From Alphaproteobacteria bacterium (lineage in GTDB: Bacteria > Pseudomonadota > Alphaproteobacteria > G965222575): DNA of 64,000 nt. The notes beneath the pieces were generated by a model, which saw only the letters and a list, made by a program, of their open reading frames with translations, searched no databases and was not told the origin of the DNA. Position numbers and translations under genes: made by a program. Shown piece by piece: positions 56,973-64,000 of this stretch (position 1 is the stretch's first letter; each line of letters begins with the position of its first letter). The DNA lies in the NCBI GenBank assembly GCA_965222575.1, contig OZ244958.1, forward strand, positions 288,001 through 352,000, written 5' to 3'.

Positions 56973-58721
56973 CTATACAAGTAGTTTTGTAAAAGTATCA
57001 CGGGCAAATTCCATGGATTGCTTGAGAAGCGGTACATATTGATCTCTCCTTGAGTCTTTTATGGCACTAATATCCACTTGGCGTCCTATTACATCTTCTA
57101 TGCGTTGCAATATCTCTAGAACGGTATTCTTGTTGTTGACCCCTAAGACCTTAAGGAATTTTCGTGGGGTTTCGACCTGTTGCCCCAAGGCCGCCCATTT
57201 CTCTTGAATCCCCTTCCATTCATCAAGCTTTTCTCCTACTATGTCTTGCATCTGTCCTTCTAGGTTTAGGTCTTGATTTTCTCTTACTGTCTGTTGCGTC
57301 TGTCCTTCTAGGTCTAGTTCTTGTCTCCTCATACGCTCAACGGGCCCAGTATCTTCTATGGGGGCAAATGCCCCAAGGACAAATTCCTGCAATTGCTTGA
57401 TAAACGCTACATATTGCTCTTTCTTTTCGGCGGCTATGGCACTAGTATCCACATCTTGTTCCGATATCTCTTGTATCTGTGTTAGTATCTCTGAAACGGT
57501 ATTCTTATAATTTTTGGTGATACCTAAGACATTAAAGATTTGTTTTGAGGTTTCGACCTCTATCCCCAAGGCCTGAGCTTTCTCTTGAATCCCCTGCCAT
57601 GCCTCAAAATTTCCTTCTATTGTCCGTTCTAGCCGTCCGTATATGTTTGCTCCTAGTGTGCTGTCCCAAGCCTTGCGAACGGCAACAATAATGCTGTCCC
57701 CTTTATCAGATGCTAAACTCTCTCTTAAATCAGATATAGCATCAAAGCGCTGTAAAAAAATTTCCTTATTTTTTCCAAACCTTAAGATATCCTTCAAGTC
57801 CTTTCCTCCAGAAATCTCGGAGAGATGGCTTAGCTTGGTGAGTTCTGCTGTTAAGGCGCCCCCCACCTTTTGTAGTTTTTCTCGGCGGCCATGGAAAGAC
57901 GCTTTGACCTCCTTGTAGCGCTTAGCAGAATCTCTAAACAATAGTCCTCCCGTTGCGCTATTCAATTTTTTCCTTCTTTTCAGAGGTTGGTATTTCTCTT
58001 CCTGTGAATCGAGATCAAATAGCTCTTTGAGGTTAGACCCAATATTCTTATTGATAGTTTTTAGCTGTTCTTTTACAAGATTCTTAAACTCTTCTGGGTC
58101 AGAGACGTTTACAGCAGCCAACAAGTCAACATCAATTCCTTCTCGTTTCAAATTTTCGTTTATCCCATCAAAGTACTCAATAGCCTTATCTAATTCTTGA
58201 TGCATCTGCTCTAGTTCCGTATCACAGCGGTCTAAAATCCCTTCTTTTGTCACTGTCTTTAAATTTTGTGTATAGGTATCAGGTAACTGATCCCCTAGAA
58301 AAAAATCTTGCAACAGAGGCACCCCTATACGCTGGGCTTGTTCTCTGACACTGGAAGGGACATCAGGCCTATTAAAGACCTCCTTTATCAAGGCTTGTCC
58401 TTCCCATTTTACAAAGGCTTTAACATCTTCAGACGTAATAAACCCCTCCCTATTGTGATATTGAAGAAAGCCCGTAAAATCTCGCTCGACTTTTCTCTGG
58501 TCCTTGTGTCCCATGCCGCTTTCTGCTAAGTGCTGGGCAACAGCGTGCTTCACTTGTTCGTTAGAGCGCGAGACCTTTGCTTGTTGCTCTGGTGTCACAC
58601 ACTTAATATCACGCGCCCTTACAAATCCCTCACGGAACACAACAACCTTGCCGCTTTCCGCCTCTGCTCTCACCGGAAAGTTACCCTGCGTGCTGAGAAT
58701 ATCTCCTAAACCAATATTCAT
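56973..58721 (-). CDS. Hypothetical helical protein, paralog B (two C-terminal repeats); effector candidate
   Basis: Same N-terminus MNIGLGDILSTQGN and shared upstream region. Confidence 0.8.
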   Translation of the reverse strand: MNIGLGDILSTQGNFPVRAEAESGKVVVFREGFVRARDIKCVTPEQQAKVSRSNEQVKHAVAQHLAESGMGHKDQRKVERDFTGFLQYHNREGFITSEDVKAFVKWEGQALIKEVFNRPDVPSSVREQAQRIGVPLLQDFFLGDQLPDTYTQNLKTVTKEGILDRCDTELEQMHQELDKAIEYFDGINENLKREGIDVDLLAAVNVSDPEEFKNLVKEQLKTINKNIGSNLKELFDLDSQEEKYQPLKRRKKLNSATGGLLFRDSAKRYKEVKASFHGRREKLQKVGGALTAELTKLSHLSEISGGKDLKDILRFGKNKEIFLQRFDAISDLRESLASDKGDSIIVAVRKAWDSTLGANIYGRLERTIEGNFEAWQGIQEKAQALGIEVETSKQIFNVLGITKNYKNTVSEILTQIQEISEQDVDTSAIAAEKKEQYVAFIKQLQEFVLGAFAPIEDTGPVERMRRQELDLEGQTQQTVRENQDLNLEGQMQDIVGEKLDEWKGIQEKWAALGQQVETPRKFLKVLGVNNKNTVLEILQRIEDVIGRQVDISAIKDSRRDQYVPLLKQSMEFARDTFTKLLV

Positions 58722-58959
58722 GATAAAAATCCCTGTGCTGTTTTGGTATCTTTATTAGACCTTACGCAGAAAAAATAAAAAAAATCCTACTTGCCCGTAT
58801 TAGACCTCTTATTTATTTTGAGTGAGCCGCTTTCGGTAGTACTTGGGATATTGTGGGGGTTTTGAGAGAGGGAAAAGTGGGTACTATACACTTTGTTAAG
58901 TGAAAAGTCTTACTCTTAGTCTTTGATATTAGTTAAGATGTTGGAGATAAATAGGGAAC

Positions 58960-60225
58960 ATGCCTTTTGGTAGGATTGATAAGTCTTCTCCCCCGCCTGA
59001 AGCGTCAGCGGTTGTTGGAGAGCAAGCTGTAGGGAAAAAGGGGGGAAAGGGAGCATTAGGCAAGCGTTCTGTGGAGCAAAAGGAGGGCTCCCCTATAGAG
59101 AGGGGAGAGGTGAGCAGCAAGGAAGGAGGAGGGATTTTTAAGAAGCTTAAGGAGAGGGTTGTAAGCAAGTTTAGCAGGAAGAGAGAGGTTTCTCCGGAGG
59201 CGGGGTTACCGAGGGGTACGAAGGGGGCTTCTGAGGGGCTTTCGCGGGAGAAAAGTGCTTTGGAAGCGCGGTTGCCGAGCGGCATGAAGCTTAAGGAGAT
59301 GGAGTCTATCTTAATCAAGTGCGGGGGCAACACGGATTTAAACTTGAAGCACTTGTCGGAAGGAGAGAAAATATTACGGGTGAAGGATGAGTTACAAGGG
59401 CTTGTTGCTGATAGGAGTAAAGAGTATGCGGAAGCGGCCGAAAAAGCGCCGATTAAGGAGGCGCATGTGAAGGCGATTGAACGTCTGCGTGTGCGGGCGG
59501 CGGAAATTGAACTGAAGATAAGAGGAGGAAAAATAGGCAATAAAGAGCAGATGAAACACAGTCAGGAAGTGCTTCATAAGGTAAGAGAACATTTACAACG
59601 CGAGGAGGAAGGGCTGTCTCGTTACGGCGATGTTGGCACGGAGCGTGACAAGATGAAGGCGTCTTTGGAGATGACGCGTTTTTCAAAATCAACGGGAGAG
59701 ATACGGGACTTCATCACGCAGTATCGGTATCATCTAGGCAGTCAGAAAGTGCTTCAGGCAGAGGGTATGCAGAAGGGTACTAGCCCAGAGCCTCTACAGG
59801 AGCGTTTTACGAAAGCCTGTCAAAAGCATCCAGAAGAATGGGCAGCAGTAAAGGAGAATTTAGAAGAGCAACGGGAGACTCGCCGGCGTGAGCAGCTGAT
59901 AAAGAAAGCTGGAACAGGCCGCGCCATGAAGTCCTACATGGCTTTTTCAAGAGGTTTTCCGGGCAATACAGACTTGGGAGCCGTTGCGTCGGCGAATGTT
60001 TTAGGAGAGAATTTTTGGTCCTCACACAAGCCTTTTAGTATGTCGGATGGGCAAGCTTTTGTAGAATTGCTTGGGGGGCGCATGGAGTCGCAAAGTCAAC
60101 AAGATATGCGCACAGATATCCTGTTTAGGGAGAGCAATCCTTTGGTTGAAGCTGGAAGTGCGGAGACGGATGCGGACCACGAATTGTGGCTTCAGTGTCG
60201 TGAGTTTGCCCACAGCTTTTTGTAG
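58960..60225 (+). CDS. Hypothetical protein with disordered Ser/Gly/Lys-rich N-terminus; effector candidate
   Basis: 421-aa ORF with SD; no recognisable domain. Confidence 0.65.
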   Translation: MPFGRIDKSSPPPEASAVVGEQAVGKKGGKGALGKRSVEQKEGSPIERGEVSSKEGGGIFKKLKERVVSKFSRKREVSPEAGLPRGTKGASEGLSREKSALEARLPSGMKLKEMESILIKCGGNTDLNLKHLSEGEKILRVKDELQGLVADRSKEYAEAAEKAPIKEAHVKAIERLRVRAAEIELKIRGGKIGNKEQMKHSQEVLHKVREHLQREEEGLSRYGDVGTERDKMKASLEMTRFSKSTGEIRDFITQYRYHLGSQKVLQAEGMQKGTSPEPLQERFTKACQKHPEEWAAVKENLEEQRETRRREQLIKKAGTGRAMKSYMAFSRGFPGNTDLGAVASANVLGENFWSSHKPFSMSDGQAFVELLGGRMESQSQQDMRTDILFRESNPLVEAGSAETDADHELWLQCREFAHSFL

Positions 60226-60297
60226 TTCACACCTTGAAACGGGCTATTTTGTTGAGTATGATAGCCTAGAGACGAGCTTCGTAAAGAATGAGGTTGT

Positions 60298-61068
60298 ATG
60301 TCTACATTAGTAGGAATTTTCATAAGTTATCAAGGGCTATTCCCAGCAGCTCTGCTTCATGAAGCAGTAGACAAGGGAGATATCAGGGAGGTTCAAACAC
60401 TTTTAGAACGTGGTGTTGATATTGATGCCAAGAATGAGGAGGGCTGGGCAGCTCTCCATTTAGTGGTGTTGGGGGAGGATGTGAAGATGGCGCAGTTGTT
60501 GATAGAGCAGGGAGCTTCTCTTGAGATAGCCGCTACTAGTCATGGACAAACACCACTACATATGGCTGTGCTAAGAGGGCGTGAGGAGATGATGCGCTTG
60601 CTGATAGAAGCTGGCGTAGAGGTGGACAAGGGGGATGCCACAGGGTGTACTCCGTTGTATTATGGAGTGGATCAACCCCTAGGGGAAGGGTGGACTTCCA
60701 TCAGTGATTTGGTCACTTTACTGCAGGCAGGGGCTTCTATCAATGCGCAAAATCTAGGCGGTAACACCCCGCTTCACGGAGCAACCTATCAGGGGGATTT
60801 AGAAGTTGTTGCCTTTCTGATAAAAAATGGAGCCTCTGTGAGCATCAGGAACAAGAAAGGAGAGACTCCTCTCTATAACGCTGTGTATCAAGGAGATATC
60901 AACATGGTGAAAGCACTCATCAAGGCGGGGGCTAGGATTGATGTGAAGAACAAAGCAGGAATCACCCCCCTTGTGTTAGCACAAAAGCTACTGGCAAAAC
61001 GAACAATTGATTGGGAGAAAAAGCATTACCAAGACATGATACCGTTTTTAGAAGGCAACAAAGAATAG
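60298..61068 (+). CDS. Ankyrin-repeat protein (about 6-7 repeats)
   Basis: LLHEAV, ALHLVV, TPLHMAV, TPLHGA, TPLYNAV. Confidence 0.92.
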   Translation: MSTLVGIFISYQGLFPAALLHEAVDKGDIREVQTLLERGVDIDAKNEEGWAALHLVVLGEDVKMAQLLIEQGASLEIAATSHGQTPLHMAVLRGREEMMRLLIEAGVEVDKGDATGCTPLYYGVDQPLGEGWTSISDLVTLLQAGASINAQNLGGNTPLHGATYQGDLEVVAFLIKNGASVSIRNKKGETPLYNAVYQGDINMVKALIKAGARIDVKNKAGITPLVLAQKLLAKRTIDWEKKHYQDMIPFLEGNKE

Positions 61069-61141
61069 GGAGTTATCCCTTTTTTATCTTCTCACCGCTA
61101 TTTTATAGGGTATGTAATGTCTTCAAGCCGAGAGATTAGAG

Positions 61142-62164
61142 ATGCATTTTTCGTCCAAGATTTTTGACTCTAAAGGAAAAATCAATCAACCTGTTCAACT
61201 AGATGTTGCTAAGAATAGACTGGTTCTAAAAGGAGGCAGGTTCAAGAGATGGATACAGCGTATCAAAAGCCCTTTTGTGAAGAAATTGAAGAACATGAAT
61301 GAATATCAACAACAAGTCGTTGCCTTTTCTGTTTTTCGGGCGTTACAAGATTATAAGACGCAGTTTCCCCCCCCGCAAAGTTTAGAGGTTCAGAATCAGA
61401 ATAAAGCATTAGCCCCCCCGCCTGATACACTCAAAGCGCTTGCCAAAAGTGAGGGGTGGTTGCAAAATGGTGTACTAGAAGAAGGCATGCTCAAAGAAAC
61501 CATCACAAGAGGATTTACGCCCCAAGAGGTAACACTAAAGGAAGGGTTACAGCAACGGGTATTTCCAGATGCCATCTTTCACCATCAGGGGTTTGATAAT
61601 ATCAAGGAGGCACTTTTTGAGTCTCCGGAAGCCTTTTTAGATGGCGAGTTTCTCAAGAAAGCCTTTGATGTGATTAAGCATCCCGCAGACCAAGACAAAG
61701 TAAGGGCATACAATAAGGAATTAATCCGCCGCGTTTTTCCTTGTGAGAAATTCACAAGCATTCTAAAGTCCAGGAAATTAGATATTCACGAGGGGGTTTT
61801 TCAACAATGGGGTCTTGAAAAGAAATTACAGGATTTTGAAAAGCACCTAGAGAACACACTCCCAGAAGTCTGCCATAGCCCCCAAGAATACTCTTCCTAT
61901 AGAAAGTTTTTGCTCTCTGAGTACGAGGGATTTCTTGACGCCGCGCTAGGGAGTATGAAGAAGGCAGGATTGACACTTCCTAAGAGTGAAAAGCCCTTTG
62001 AAAACTCCAGCACCTTGCCGCCCATGACCACCCCTTTTCCTCTTAGAGGAAAGAATCAAAAGGGTGTCCCCTCGCCTTTTTTTGCCAAGCAGGCACAAGG
62101 AAATCCTGTAGCACTGGAAGAAATACCCCTCCTACCCCTAAGGAATTCAAGGCACAAAGGTTGA
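61142..62164 (+). CDS. Hypothetical protein
   Basis: 340-aa ORF; no recognisable domain. Confidence 0.6.
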   Translation: MHFSSKIFDSKGKINQPVQLDVAKNRLVLKGGRFKRWIQRIKSPFVKKLKNMNEYQQQVVAFSVFRALQDYKTQFPPPQSLEVQNQNKALAPPPDTLKALAKSEGWLQNGVLEEGMLKETITRGFTPQEVTLKEGLQQRVFPDAIFHHQGFDNIKEALFESPEAFLDGEFLKKAFDVIKHPADQDKVRAYNKELIRRVFPCEKFTSILKSRKLDIHEGVFQQWGLEKKLQDFEKHLENTLPEVCHSPQEYSSYRKFLLSEYEGFLDAALGSMKKAGLTLPKSEKPFENSSTLPPMTTPFPLRGKNQKGVPSPFFAKQAQGNPVALEEIPLLPLRNSRHKG

Positions 62165-62262
62165 CGAAAAATTCTGTAAATGAAAGGGTCTTGATAGGAA
62201 ATTTTACTTGATAAATTAAAAGATTTTTGTTAAACTTAAGAGCAATAATTGAGGGAATACTA

Positions 62263-64000
62263 ATGAGTCAGTGTAAAAGCTTGAAGAAAGGATTTTTTAT
62301 CTCACTTTGTGTGGCAGGGATTGGGGTAATGCTACAGGGTTGCGGCGGGGGTGGAGGCGGCGGAGGTGCAAGTGGGGGCGGAGGAGGCGGAGGGTCACCT
62401 TCACCACCTTCACCAACAGTGACCGAGGCTCAGGTCAACACTGTAGCGTCAACTGCTGCAACCGCAGTGGACGCTATTTTCAAGCTTAAGAAAGAAGTAA
62501 AGCCGTTCACTGAATCTATAGCTGTGACTTTAACCGATCCCGCTAGAGCCGCTCTCACTGCGGTGGAAGAAGCGAGAACGGCGGCAAAAGCCGCTCAAGC
62601 TAAGGCGCAGGAAGCGAAGAGTTTATTTGATGCAGACCCGACGCAAGCCAGTGTATTGGAGGCGATAAATGACGCAATAAGCTTAACATCTACCGCCCAA
62701 AAAGCCATTGAGAAAGCTGTTATTGCTCTTATTAACGTTGCTACACTAGCTCTCAAAGAAACAACTTTGACAACAGCAGCAAATGCAGTACTAGATAAGT
62801 ATTCGGAGCAAGCAACAACAGCAGTGGACAAAACGCTAACTGAATTGTTCAACACGGCAAAAGGAAAGGAAGAAGAGGCAGAGGAGAAAAAGCTTGATGC
62901 GTTAAGAGAACGGAATAATACGCAAAATGCGCTCACTGTCGCCGCCGCAAAGACCGCCAAAGGGAAGGCGAATAGAGCGTATGATGAAGCTCTAGATGCC
63001 GCCAATGCCGCTAAAGGTGCCGCCAATACCGCAAAACACCTCAAAACCTTCAATTCCGAAAAGGTCAAAGACATTCAAGACCTTGCCGATGAGGCTCTAC
63101 GTCATGCCAATAAGGCGAGCGAGTATGTCACTGAGGCTCTAAATGCCCTAAACACAAAAGGGCTTGAGGTGCTAGAGGAATATTTAGCAGCGGCACTGGA
63201 AGGAAGAAGGAAGGCTCTCGCCGCGTGGGAAGTGGTGAGAGATGCTCCCAATGATGATACTGCCGATTCTCTTGAAAGTTCCGCCGTTGACGCTGAAACT
63301 GCCGCCGCTGACGCTGACGCCGCTGCCAAAGCCGCTGACGCAAAATCCCTCGAAGAATTTGAGACTGCTGGACAGGTCCATGCCACTAAAGGAGCTGCCT
63401 CTGAGGCGAGAAGTTTTGCCCAGTCTGCTCGAAATGCCGTAACCAATCGAAGACAAAAAGAAACGCTAGATGGATATTTAAAAACGGCAGAGGACCAAAG
63501 AGACAAGGCACTGGAGCAAAAGGGGATTGCGGAAGACGAACGGGATTTGGCGCAAGCGGATGATGCTACTGCCGCTACTGCTCGAAGTGCCACCGTTGAG
63601 GCGAATACAGCCGCCGAAAAGGCGAATACAGCCGCCGGTAAGGCGAGAGATGCGGCTCGGGAAGCCACGAAAATCGACTCTGAAAGTCAGCAGGCGAAAG
63701 ACGCTTGGGCGGCGGCGGATTTTGCCACTGAATATGCAAATACAGCAGTAGAAGCTGTCAAAGCCGCCCAAATAGCTACTAATGCTGCCGTAGCAGCAAA
63801 GAATACAAATCTTTTGAGCTTAAAAAAAGTGGCAGAAGAGGGAAAAGCGGCCGCAGAAGCCGCGCTGGGTGAAGCGGAAACCGCACGGGATGCGGCGAAC
63901 GCTGCCACCACATACGCTACTAAGAAACCGCACGTCTCGGATGCGAGGGCGAAAGCCACAGAAGCTCGAGAGCTTGCTGCTCCCGCTGTTAAGGCTGGTC
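62263..64000 (+). CDS. Large Ala-rich helical surface lipoprotein (open to window end)
   Basis: Manual translation MSQCKSLKKGFFISLCVAGIGVMLQG-CGGGGGGGGASGGG...; lipobox LQGC; no stop seen; absent from the ORF track because it is unterminated. Confidence 0.85.
   Translation, partial: MSQCKSLKKGFFISLCVAGIGVMLQGCGGGGGGGGASGGGGGGGSPSPPSPTVTEAQVNTVASTAATAVDAIFKLKKEVKPFTESIAVTLTDPARAALTAVEEARTAAKAAQAKAQEAKSLFDADPTQASVLEAINDAISLTSTAQKAIEKAVIALINVATLALKETTLTTAANAVLDKYSEQATTAVDKTLTELFNTAKGKEEEAEEKKLDALRERNNTQNALTVAAAKTAKGKANRAYDEALDAANAAKGAANTAKHLKTFNSEKVKDIQDLADEALRHANKASEYVTEALNALNTKGLEVLEEYLAAALEGRRKALAAWEVVRDAPNDDTADSLESSAVDAETAAADADAAAKAADAKSLEEFETAGQVHATKGAASEARSFAQSARNAVTNRRQKETLDGYLKTAEDQRDKALEQKGIAEDERDLAQADDATAATARSATVEANTAAEKANTAAGKARDAAREATKIDSESQQAKDAWAAADFATEYANTAVEAVKAAQIATNAAVAAKNTNLLSLKKVAEEGKAAAEAALGEAETARDAANAATTYATKKPHVSDARAKATEARELAAPAVKAG

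Noticed and set aside
15300-60200. Patchy C-rich versus G-rich strand bias as an origin or terminus signal
   Set aside because: It switches repeatedly, even within genes; I saw no dif site or DnaA-box cluster, and a computed skew would be needed
62595-63959. Several minus-strand Ala/Ser-rich ORFs
   Set aside because: Shadows of the long plus-strand lipoprotein gene

Overview
Chromosomal window from a host-associated-looking alphaproteobacterium (gcrA, IalB-like, NDUFA12-mlaD-DUF2155 and murA neighbourhoods). 1-15.2 kb: a decaying prophage with Mu-like head genes and P2-like contractile tail genes on the minus strand, next to tRNA-Val. It has several frameshifts and a truncated portal. Cargo includes a Panacea-type antitoxin pair, a MuF protein with a C-terminal extension, a truncated adenine methyltransferase and ankyrin genes. 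21.6-27.1 kb: a second scrambled island beside tRNA-Met, with an excisionase stub, an OLD-type ATPase/TOPRIM nuclease, an SNF2 fragment and two more ankyrin copies. 27-44.5 kb: housekeeping genes. 44.6-52.3 kb: a partial non-flagellar T3SS operon, followed by repeat-rich effector candidates. The most notable signal is three solitary type I-C-like CRISPR repeats in the mobile regions (11132-11163 +, 25253-25284 -, 26726-26757 -). Each has its own sigma70-like promoter directly upstream, and no cas gene is visible in the window. All calls come from reading sequence and motifs by eye; no searches were run.
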